Shown: in pieces, positions 25,001 to 36,972 of the stretch | How the letters are laid out: each line of letters starts with the position of its first letter | How positions within the stretch are numbered: the first letter of the stretch is position 1 | DNA from: Octopus bimaculoides | Taxonomy: Eukaryota | Reading direction: 5' to 3' | Assembly: GCF_001194135.2 (NCBI RefSeq) | Contig: NC_068984.1 | Span: forward strand, 52,435,615 to 52,487,717 | Length of the DNA stretch: 52,103 bases | The notes under the pieces: model-generated | The model's input: only the letters and a program-made list of their open reading frames with translations | Told to the model about the DNA's origin: nothing | The model's database searches: none | Made by a program: the position numbers and the translations under genes

Positions 25001-28000
25001 AATCAACAAGAAAAATCTAACAACAAAAATCCCCAACATGGGGAGTTCCACCCAGGACCAACCAAGGCACCCCACACATCTTGGTCACCCCGACCACCAA
25101 GGCAGGCACTCTTCTTCCTCTCAACTGCTCCAGCCTACAAGTGAATGTTCAGAGTAGGCCCATTCACATGAGCCATTTTTGCCACATTCATCCTCACTTT
25201 CCTTTTTCAAGTGGAACTTGAAAAAGTTGATGAGGGGCTTGGCCAAAGAGGAAAGTGTTTGTCTTCAGTCCTTTCAGCCTTGTCCACAACACCACCTTTT
25301 TTACTTTAGTCAAATAATGTTACCCTCCAATGCACAAGTTCAAGCAAGGTTGATTATGGAAGACCAACAGTCACCCATGAATACCAGCCTCCCTCCTCTA
25401 TGTCACCAATGTTATCCAAGGGAAAAGCAAGGGTCAATACAGCTTGGCACCAGTGGCACTGCAACTCATTTCTACAACTGAGTGAACTAGAGCAATGTGA
25501 AATAAAGTGTCTTGCTCAAGAACACAACATGCAGCCAGGTCCAGGTATCAAACCCATCTCCTCATGATTGTGAACCCAACACTCTAACCACTGTACCATG
25601 CACCTTCATATATAAACAGATTGATAGATATAAATTAGAAAATTAATATTTTAATCAAAGACTAAGCACAGACATATTGCTAATAAAGTTTGCTTCACTG
25701 TCACATTGTTCCAAGTTTGATTCCACCATTTTTCAATTTGAACAAGTATCCTCTACCATAGCCTCGAGCCAACAAAGGCTTTCTCAGTATAATTTGATAA
25801 TCCATCAGCTATATATACATATGTATATTCACTGGAGATAGCACATATCCTATATAGTTTAGCTTATGACTTTCTTCAATACAGTTCTATATTTAAGAGA
25901 TGAAGAATTATGTACATTATTTACATTTGACGGATATTTGTCCTCATCTTGTTTGTTGTTAACACAATGTTTCAGCTGATATACCCTCCAGCCTTCATCA
26001 GGTGTCTTGGGGAAATTTTGAACCTGGGTTCTCATTCCTAGGGTATTTTTTGATGTTGCTATTGTTGTTGTCGTCATCACCATTGTCGTTGTCATTATTA
26101 TTATTATTATTATTATTATTTAGGCAGTGACCTGAATAGTAGTAATAATAATAGCATCAAAAAATAACTTAGGAATGAGAACCCAGGTTCGAAATTTCCC
26201 CAAGACACCTGATGAAGGCTGGAGGGTATATCAGCCAAAACATTGTGTTAACTACAAAGATGAGGACATATATCTGTCAAATGTAAATAATGGACTTCCT
26301 TCAAGATAAATAAAATAAATACTGGGGTTGATAAAATCAACTAAAATCTTAGATTTTGCTTCAATATGACCACAGTCCAATGACTAAAACTGGTAAAGGA
26401 ATAATAGAATATTATTTCTGAGATATTACAACACAATTGATTCAAACTCTTTCCTTTAAGAAATACATTTTAATGATTATAATTTGTATTTACATTTTTT
26501 TGCTGTTTAGATTATTGGAGAAATTGCTTTGAAAACCACACCCTTACGGAAATTAGGACTTACTGGCGGCAAAGCAGTTATACGGTAATTAAGTAGGATT
26601 TATATTTGAAGTTGTTAAAATTATTATGAATATTGATCTCAAATTTTGACACAAGGCCAACAATTTCAAGGCGAGATTAAGTTGATTGCATCAACCCCAG
26701 TACTCAACTGGTACTTATTTTATTGACCCCAAATGGATGAAATGCAAAGTCAACATCGGCAGAATTTGAACTCAGAACCTGAAGACAGGTGAAATGCTAT
26801 TTAGCATTCTGCCCAGCATTGCTAATGATCATGACAGCTTGCCACCTTAAAATTGTTATAAACATTGACATGAAATAACAGTAATACTTTTTATGACATA
26901 CTATACTTGCTTCAAATGTTATGTATTATAAAAACTCTACCATGCAAAACAAAGACACTGTGTGTGTGTGACCACCATTTGACAACTAGTGTTGGTTTGT
27001 TTACATCTTCATAACTAAGTGGTTTGGCAATAAGAGACTGATAGAATAAATACCAGATTTTAAATAAAAAACATGTACTTGGGTGCTCCAGTATGGCTGC
27101 AGTCTAACGATTGAAGCAAGTAAAAGATAAAAGATATTGTTGTATGTATGTTTGACAGAAAGAGAATTTTGTTGTTTGTCCCAACAAATTTGACTGATAG
27201 AACTATTATCTTATGAACCTTAAGGGGGTAACGATTTTATACTTTACTCTGCAATTAACCTTATTGTTTTTGTTTTTTTCTGTCTAGGCTAGTTCACAGA
27301 CAAGTTGATGATGTTACCTATGCTCAAATTATACAGAAGATTGATACTGAAACTGCCAAGAAGATGAAATTAGATCAGATAGCAGCCAGGCATTTAAGAG
27401 AAGAGAAAAATGAAAGAGAATTGCGAGCTGTTAGGGATGTTGGTGATAGTTCTTCTGATTATATGATGGAAGTATCTCAAGAGGCACCTAATCCTGTTTC
27501 AGCGACCCAACCAAATATGCAGATCTCAGGGCATCTTACTTCTCCACAGGATGTGGCACAGCGTGATCAACAGAGAGAATTTAAACAACAGCAGCAACAA
27601 AAAGTATGTATGTATCCACTTGCACATAGACATAGGCATGCAAGCAAGTTCAGAACCAGGGCCTAGATTCAATGGCAAGTTAAAAGCCTTTGGTTGGTGG
27701 TCTGTAGTCTGAGTCTGAACCTCATTGATCCAGTACATATTTCTAACAAAAGATATTAAAATGTTCCACCGTGAAACATGCAAGATAGTTTCAATCCATG
27801 ACCCGTGAACAGATAATCCAATATCTTATCTATTTGACTAGCCCTCTCTTACCAGCAAACATCTAACTGCCATTCTTCTCTCTATTACTGTCTTCTCTAT
27901 CACCCTCTCATCCCATTCACTGTTTGTCTCAACATATTTTCTCTTCATTCACCCTCTCACTCTGGTTCTTCTGTTTTGCTCTCTCTCTCATTTATCATCT

Positions 28001-31000
28001 TGATCACATTGAATAAAGATAACATATAGTAATGAGAACTCTTCAACCTTGCTGGATACAAAGTGGCCTTACTACTATAAGTGTTACAATAAAATGCCTC
28101 CAGTATATTCTGTTGAGTGGTTGTTGCTAGGAAGAGTATCTTGCCATTGAAACTGTACCAAAAATAGAAAGTACAAGTGACGCATAGTCCTTGACCCATT
28201 TGGAGACATGTAATTCTGAATAAAAACTCACTCAGACCATTATGACCCATCCTTCTCATACCAGCATAAAAAACATGTAATGTGACATTATGTTATGTAA
28301 TGGCTGTGATGTTAAAAGTGATGGTCTGTAAGTCAAATAGGTCATTATTTCAAAGCTAACTTTTTTAGAAAGTGTGCTATGTCCCTGTGCAAAATATACA
28401 CTTTTTACTTGAATAAAAAACAAAATAGTGAAGGGAACCAAGAATGATTCCTTCTGAATATAGCAAGATGCCGTATCTGTTTCTTAGTTTCTTTCATAAC
28501 ATCTCTTTGCAGCAGTTGTCAAGTATGCTAAACAAGCCCTTGTTTAAATATCTGAGCTGAGTTATTGTTAAGATTATAATAGTTCAAACTATGAACTTCA
28601 TTTTTAGACATGAGAAACAGGCACTGAATAGGAGGAAGAGCTTTGGCAATTACAAAGGAGCAAATTGTTAGATTTGTAATGTTAAATAACATTTGAGTAA
28701 GGTTGAGGACAAGTGAATTGAGATAATGATAAACATCTACTGAATTTCTTTAAATACAGGGTGAGTCAAAAGTATTGCCCAATTCCTGCTTCCCAACTAG
28801 GAGATGCTTTTGACTCCGAACACTTGTTCTGCAAGTTGAGATATTAATGAGTATTAACATGATGCATGATCCAGATTCAGTAACTTTTAAAACTCAGTAA
28901 TAACCTGCAAAACAACTAAGGCATGACTTCCCAGAAACTCTGCGCTACTTTTGACTCTGTATAAAAGCCAGACAATTGTGCTGGTATTTGCATAGCATGT
29001 TTCTTGGTGGATGTAGAAAAAACCTGCAGAACACAGACAAGAGAAATAGTGGAGAATATGTAGTAAGGTCAGAACATTAGGCCTCACAGATGATGCACAG
29101 TATAAAATTGAAATGCATGGAAGAGTGCTATGTTGAAGACCTTTCCTAATTGTTAAAATTACCACTGTAGCAGCAATATCAAAGATGACTAGTTTGTTTT
29201 AATTAAAGGAATTATCTTTTCTATAAAACTACTAAATTCCATTTTTACCCCCTTTTTTTCATATTTTTCTCTTTGTTTTTAATTATTACAATATTGTGTC
29301 TTCCAGCACCAAGAAAGAAATTTTGCCAATGAGAGGTTAGTGTGGGTTTTATACTAACTTTTATATATAAGGAATTTTTTATAAATGCATATTTGCAAAT
29401 ATTACTAGGCTGTAAAATTAGAGGTGCTATACTACTAATAGTTTATAATTTCTTTTGCAATAAAACATGCTCTGAACTAAATGATGTAATTAAGAATTCT
29501 AGCTTCTTGACTCAAACTTTTCTGATACTTTCACATTATGTTTATGCCTCAAATCTACCTAACATGTAACTTAAGAATGATAAGAATTTTATTATAAACT
29601 TTAGCATTTTGATATACTATACTCAAGAAGACATGTCCACCAGAACAGAATCGAGATCCTAAAATCAAAATGCCATGTAAAAAGCATTGGTGTGGGTGAG
29701 TGCTGGTGCCACGTAAAAAGCACCCTATACACTCTGTAAAGTGGTTGGTGTTATTAAGGGCATCCAACTGTAGAAACCAAACCAAAACAGACTATGGCAT
29801 TTGGTGTGGCTTGTCAATTCCTGTCAAGTCATCCAACCCATGCCACTAAGGAAAATGGTCTTTAGATGATGATGAGGATATTGTCTGCATATGTTTCACA
29901 GAAAGAAATTTTTGTTATTTAAGATTAATTATTTTATGTTCTAATCTACAACTGACTTCACTGTATTTCCTGTGTAGGCTAGTTCATGGAGAAACTGAAG
30001 GTACTACTGATGCTGTACAGGAGACCAACAGAGAAACTGTCAAAAAGATAAAAATGGAAGCGATAGCAGACACACATTTAAGAAAAGGAAAAACTGAAAA
30101 GGAAATGGAAACTGTTAGGGATGTTGGTGATAGTTCTTCTGATTGTAGGATGGAAATATCTCAAGAGGAACATAGTTCTGTTTCAGAGACTCAACGAAAT
30201 GTGCAATTCTCAGGGCATGAAGAAAATCTTATTTCTTCACAGGAAATGATGTGGCATGATCAACAGAGAACATCTACACTTCAACAACAACAACAGCAAG
30301 AAGTAATTATGAAACTTTGATTTTTTTTATTATTTTTATCTATACATGATGGCACCTGTGCCCAGTGTCGCCTTCCTGGCACGTGTAAAGACATTCGAGC
30401 GAGATCGTTGCCAGTGCCGCTGGACTGGCTCCTGTGCAGGTGGCATGTAAAATACACCATTTTGAGAGTGGCCGTTGCCAGTACCGCCTGACTGGCCTTC
30501 ATGCCGGTGGCACATAAATGCACCCACTACACTCTCGGAGTGGTTGGCGTTAGGAAGGGCATCCAGCTGTAGAAACTCTGCCAAATCAGATTGGAGCCTG
30601 GTGTAGCCATCTGGTTCACCAGTCCTCAGTCAAATCGTCCAACCCATGCCAGTATGGAAAGCAGACGTTAAACGATGATGATGTACTGGCACATATTCTC
30701 ATATCAAACAAAATACACAACCAGCTTTGAACACAAACAACCAAAATTAGCTCATAATTGACATCAAAATCAGAGTCCAGGTTGAATGGCAACTAAAACC
30801 ATGTAACTGGTGGTTTATAGTCTACGTGTGAACTCCATTGATCTAGTATATATTCTTGATAGGAAATGATAAAATATTTTACCCAGAAAAACACAAATGA
30901 CTTGCAGTAAGTTTGAATTCTATCTCTAGGAATTAATATTTATGTCTGTAGTAGATGTAAATATGTAAGAAATGTTTCTTCCCAAATAGTCTGAACTGTT

Positions 31001-31844
31001 ATAATCTTAACTCACCTCAGCTTCTACACAGAGATGTTGCTGTAATTATGAGAGCAGAACTACACATATTGTATTTCCTTTTGTGCTACCAGTTATCCCT
31101 CTCCCTGGAACCATTTCTTCCAGACTTCCAGACAAATATATTAGTAATTAGTATTGCATGTGTCTGAGAGCAAATGAAAACAGTGGATGTTGAAAAACTG
31201 CAGTACACCAACAAGAACAATATTGAAGAATATGTAGTAAGGTCAGAATGTTAGGCCTCACTGATGATAAATGATATTAAATTAAAATACATGGAAGGGC
31301 CTGTGTTGAAGACCTTTCCAAATCAAACCTGCATTTAAATGTGGATGTTAAATTTACCACTGTAACAATAATGGTAAAAAAGATGATTTTCTTTCAGCAA
31401 AGAGGATAATTTTGGTTGCAGGAATTAACTTTTTTCTAAAATAAACTACTATCTTGTAACTAATAGTTTTTCTTTTTCCCAATTTTAATACTATTTTCTT
31501 TTATTTTTAATTATTTCAATAATGTGTCTTCTTTCAGTTGCAAGACAGAACTTATTCTCAAGAGAGGTAAGTGTAGATTTGATACTAACTTTGTTTGTTT
31601 ACTTTCATCGTAAGTTGAATTTAACGTTAGCGTCTTATGAAGCTATATTTATAAGTTCTAAAATTGCAGAAGAATTTGTTACTGGACAGTTTAGCTTAAT
31701 GGTATAGCACTTAATGCGTAATCACGGGGATGTGAGTTCGAGTCTCATGGCTGGCCGGTAACGTATTTTTCTGCAATATAAGGAGCAAGTAATTTGGTTG
31801 ATTAGACAACTGAATCCTCATCATTCAACTGGTGGGGAACCCTC

Positions 31845-31878
<34 letters not shown>

Positions 31879-34800
31879 GTAAAGTGCCAGTCACTTAAAG
31901 TAGGAGGAAGTTGTGGAAGAGGGAGACCCAGAAAGATGGGACAAAGTATTGATGGCTTATCTCAAAATGCTGAACCTTATGAAGATGACAGAGGGCCATG
32001 ATATGCAGTACATTGCTGTACTAAAGAAGACCCACCCACCATAACAGAATTGATATCCTAAAACCAAGCTACCACAAAAAAAAAGCAGTAATGTGGATGC
32101 TGGTACCATGTAAAAAGTGCTGGTACTACATCTTAAGCACTGGTGATGGTACTCTGTAAAAAGCACCCAGTACACTCTGTAAAGTTGTTGGTGTTACTAA
32201 GGGCATCCAGCTGTAGAAACCAAGCCAAAATAGACTGGAACTTGGTGTAGTCCCTGGCTTTGCCAGTTCCTGTCAAGCCATCCAATCCATGCCAGCACAT
32301 GAAACAGATGTTAAATGATGATGATATATAATTATCATTTAACATCTGCCTTCCATGCTGACATGGGTTGGAAGGTTCAATCGGACCCAAATCACCAGAG
32401 GACTGTATCAAGGTTTATGTCTATTTTGATAGTTTCTATGGCTAGATGACCTTCTTTAACACCAACCACTTTTTTTGTTTTCATAGCACTAGTGAAGTAA
32501 CTTGCAAAACAAAAAGCTTCTTTTACTGAGTGGGGATGGGTGGGTAGTAGAGAAGGAGTGGCTTTATGCCAAGTGGTAAGAGGCTAAAATATAATGGAGG
32601 GACAGAAACAGGTGTCTTGTATGTATGTGATCATAGACAATCCACTCTGCAATGTTCTTACTATTTACTACTATGACGTCTTTCTCTTTATTTCCTAATT
32701 CAAATATATTTCTATTTCTTAGCAATAATTTTCCATCAAGAGAGGTCTTTTGGACCTCTTGATAGAAAATTATTATATAGGTTAACGTCTTAGCCCTGCT
32801 GGGTTCAGTGGTTACAGCGTCGGGCTCACAATCATGAGGTAGTGAGTTTGATTCCCAAACCAGTTGTGTGTTGTGTTCTTGTTTAAGACGCTTTTTTTCA
32901 TGTAACTCCAATTCTCTCAGTTGTTGAAATGAGTTGTGACATCACTAATGTCAAGCTGTATTGGCCTTTGGATATCATCCTTTAGATGACATTGGTGGTG
33001 TGGAGAGGGGAGGCTGGTATGCATGGGTGACTGCTGGTCTTCCATAAAAAAGCCTTGCCTGGACTTGTGCCTCAGAGGGTAACTTTCTAGGTGCAATCCC
33101 ATGGTCATTCACAAACAAAGTGGGGTCTTTACCTTTTTACTGATAGCAATATAAAAAATTAAGAGGAACATGAGACAAGATATTTAGATCTTTTCTAAGA
33201 AATCATACTGTAGGTGTATCATTAATTATGAAATGAAGTGTTTTGCTCAAGAACACAACGCGTTGCCTGGTCCAGGGATTGAAACCACAATGTTATGATC
33301 ATGAGTCCAACACCCTAACCACTAAGTCATGCGCTTCCACAAAAACAGTAAGTGGTTCCAAGACATGAAAAAGCATTTTAAAAATTTATTAGCTTAGATT
33401 TATTTTAATAAATGGTTTGTACATATTTTCATATGTATTTTATTTCATATTATACTTCTGTATTGGCTTTTAGGTATTTTTTTTTTGATCAGCATAAGGC
33501 TGCAGTAAATGACATATGCCTAAAGTGTTGCATAGTGGGATTGAACCTGAAACCACGTAGTTGGAAAGCTGGCTTCTTAACTACGCAGCCATGCTTTTTA
33601 TATTATTATCATATTGGGTCTTTATGTCTCTATTACATGTTTAATTTGGGTTCTGAATTCTCTGGGCACTTGCATTGACTATCTTCAGTAACATTTTCTG
33701 GTTGGTTTCATGCTCATTTTATTTTGAATCTAAATTTCCAAATAAACTGCTCTCCATCCCTTTTCGTTTTTTACTTCCTTCCACTTTATGGTGATAAATT
33801 TGGTAGGATCAGTGACAACAAGGTCATGTAATTCAAATCTTTTTAAAATATTTTTTCAAAATTTTTTTTTATCATTAACTAGCAGTATAACCCGACGTTG
33901 TCCGGGTGTGACTTATTACGCCATCTACGATAAGTCTTGCTAGGTGAAAATCAACTAAAAAAGAAAGCCTTACAACGAAAAAACCCTTATGATGTAAATA
34001 TGTTCATAATTCAAAAGACGATGAAATTAATAGGGAAAGTCTGAAGGCTGTTTTGTGTAACATTATTAAGTGTACGTAAATTTCATCCGTCTAATTGGCT
34101 ATACAAATGCTTGTGCAAAACAACTTTTTGCGCTGCCTTGATTATACATAGCAGGGTAATTCCTTTTCGCAGGAGGTAGGACGGCAATTTCTGATGAAGC
34201 AATTGCTGGCGATCTGTTGCNNNNNNNNNNNNNNNNNNNNNNNNNNNNNNNNNNNNNNNNNNNNNNNNNNNNNNNNNNNNNNNNNNNNNNNNNNNNNNNN
34301 NNNNNNNNNNNNNNNNNNNNNNNNNNNNNNNNNNNNNNNNNNNNNNNNNNNNNNNNNNNNNNNNNNNNNNNNNNNNNNNNNNNNNNNNNNNNNNNNNNNN
34401 NNNNNNNNNNNNNNNNNNNNNNNNNNNNNNNNNNNNNNNNNNNNNNNNNNNNNNNNNNNNNNNNNNNNNNNNNNNNNNNNNNNNNNNNNNNNNNNNNNNN
34501 NNNNNNNNNNNNNNNNNNNNNNNNNNNNNNNNNNNNNNNNNNNNNNNNNNNNNNNNNNNNNNNNNNNNNNNNNNNNNNNNNNNNNNNNNNNNNNNNNNNN
34601 NNNNNNNNNNNNNNNNNNNNNNNNNNNNNNNNNNNNNNNNNNNNNNNNNNNNNNNNNNNNNNNNNNNNNNNNNNNNNNNNNNNNNNNNNNNNNNNNNNNN
34701 NNNNNNNNNNNNNNNNNNNNNNNNNNNNNNNNNNNNNNNNNNNNNNNNNNNNNNNNNNNNNNNNNNNNNNNNNNNNNNNNNNNNNNNNNNNNNNNNNNNN

Positions 34801-36937
34801 NNNNNNNNNNNNNNNNNNNNNNNNNNNNNNNNNNNNNNNNNNNNNNNNNNNNNNNNNNNNNNNNNNNNNNNNNNNNNNNNNNNNNNNNNNNNNNNNNNNN
34901 NNNNNNNNNNNNNNNNNNNNNNNNNNNNNNNNNNNNNNNNNNNNNNNNNNNNNNNNNNNNNNNNNNNNNNNNNNNNNNNNNNNNNNNNNNNNNNNNNNNN
35001 NNNNNNNNNNNNNNNNNNNNNNNNNNNNNNNNNNNNNNNNNNNNNNNNNNNNNNNNNNNNNNNNNNNNNNNNNNNNNNNNNNNNNNAGGGGTCAATATAA
35101 TCGACTATTCTCCACCTGCCCGAAGCAGCCGTTGTGGGAAAAATTTAAAATAATAATAATAATAAATAAATAATAATAAAAATGACCTCTGCCGATCAAA
35201 CTCCCAACCCACAACTAAGTCTTAAGTGTGTATATATATATGGGCAACACACACACTAAATAAAAAAGATGTTAGTAAGTAAAAGTGTTTTAAAAAAGAT
35301 TGTTAAATTTTCAGATTAACACCCGTACGATTTTCACTACAGTGTTAGGGTTAGGTAGGTAATGATGTGGGTGTTAATCTCAAGATTTACGAAAAGATTT
35401 TCCAAAAAAAACTCAGTTTGTAAGGAATAAATGTTTGTTGATCGTATTTGAGAAAGATGTCTCGATGGTGAAGGACAGTGTTAGAAATGGAAAGTAAACT
35501 TACAATTCCCGCCAATTAGAATGAGGTCATTGGTAACCATAGGTACATATATATGTGTGTGTATTTACGTATGATTGGTAGTGTGTCTGTTTATTTGACT
35601 CTCACTCTCCTTCGTTTCTCTGTCTTTTTTCTTGGATTGTTCGTAAACGTTCATAAGAGAAAGTAGCAATTGAAACGATGTGTAAGAGGAATAGAAATAG
35701 TTAATTTACACAGGGGTCAATATAATCGACTATTCTCCACCTGCCCGAAGCAGCCATTGTGGGAAAAATTTTAAATAATAATAATAATAAATAAATAATG
35801 ATAATAATGACCTCTGCCGATCAAACTCCCAACCCACAACTAAGTCTTAAGTGTATATATATATGGGCAACACACACACTAAATAAAAAAGATGTTAGTA
35901 AGTAAAAGTGTTTTAAAAAAGATTGTTAAATTTTCAGATTAACACCCGTACGATTTTCACTACAGTGTTAGGGTTAGGGTTTGTTAGGGTTAGGTAGGTA
36001 ATGATGCGGGTGTTAATCTCAAGATTTATGAAAAGATTTTGACAAAAACTCACAGTTTGTTGGGAATAAATGTTTGTTGATCGTACTTGAGAAAGATGTC
36101 TTGATGGTGAAGGACGGAATTAGAAATGGAAAGTAAACTTACAATTCCCGCCAATTAGAATGAGGTCATTGGTAACCATAGGTACATATATATGTGTGTA
36201 TTTACGTATGATTGGTAGTGTGTCTGTTTATTTGACTCTCACTCTCCTTCGTTTCTCTGTCTTTTTTCTTGGATCGTTCGTAAACGTTCATAAGAGAAAG
36301 TAGTAATTGAAACGATATGTAAGAGGAATAGAAATAGTTAATTTTAGAGGGGCAAAGTAATTTTGTATGTAGTTTTAGTATCTGTCATTAGAGTATCGAA
36401 ATGTGATTGTTTCAGTTTTGATCTTTTTGTATTTGTTGTTGGATTGATCGTAAATGTTCATAAGAGAAAGTAGGAGTTGAAAGGATTTGTATTAGAAAGA
36501 GGAAATTAGATTTTATTAGGGAGAAAATGTTTACTGCTGTAGTTTTATGGATTTTATTCATTATTAGGAAATTTTTGGAGTGAAAAAATGACGCAGTGAC
36601 CTAACAAATTGTATTTAGAATATTAATTGCGATTGTTCAATCGAAGAAATTTGGAATTGTGTAAATGTATGAATTTTAAACATACACACACACAGAGAAA
36701 ATTTGCCCTTTATAGTATAGATAAATCACAATAATGCTTGTTTGTGTTTAGCTATAAATAAGTTTCTTGAAAGATTATCATGCCAAAAAATGACTGCTCC
36801 AATTCATATGCAAATATCCAAAATTTACAAAAGCTTTTTCACTCATGTTGACATAAGTATTTTTAACTTACTCAATATTTTTATTCTACAATTTTTTTTT
36901 TGTTTTTAGTGATAAAGAAAGTGATGATTTTGAGGTA

Positions 36938-36972
<35 letters not shown>

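Larger units (their letters stand above)
25865..26292. mobile_element. Inverted pair of Penelope-pLTR-like repeats around an (ATT)n spacer
   Basis: Left arm ~25915-26065 is the reverse complement of right arm ~26150-26292; both contain gacacctgatgaaggctggagggtatatcagc. Confidence 0.75.
27133..31600 (+). repeat. Tandem intragenic duplication (copy 1 ~27133-29370; copy 2 ~29877-31600)
   Basis: Homologous exons plus homologous intron blocks: 27133-27175/29877-29920, 27690-27750/30805-30855, 29050-29190/31227-31385 and 29280-29360/31505-31590. Confidence 0.88.

Noticed and set aside
29040-29200. Canonical C/D or H/ACA snoRNA
   Set aside because: No proper RTGATGA/CTGA pair and no terminal ACA box; kept only as a low-interest conserved hairpin.
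27288-30302. Exons 6a/6b as obligatory mutually exclusive exons
   Set aside because: 6a ends in phase 0 and 6b starts in phase 2, but micro-exon 7a (phase 0 to 2) lies between them and restores the frame, so co-inclusion is possible.
34142-35173. ~318-aa ORFs
   Set aside because: Almost entirely X from the 866-nt assembly gap.
35345-35995. Interstitial telomere
   Set aside because: Only 1-3 TTAGGG units, embedded in a Helitron internal repeat.
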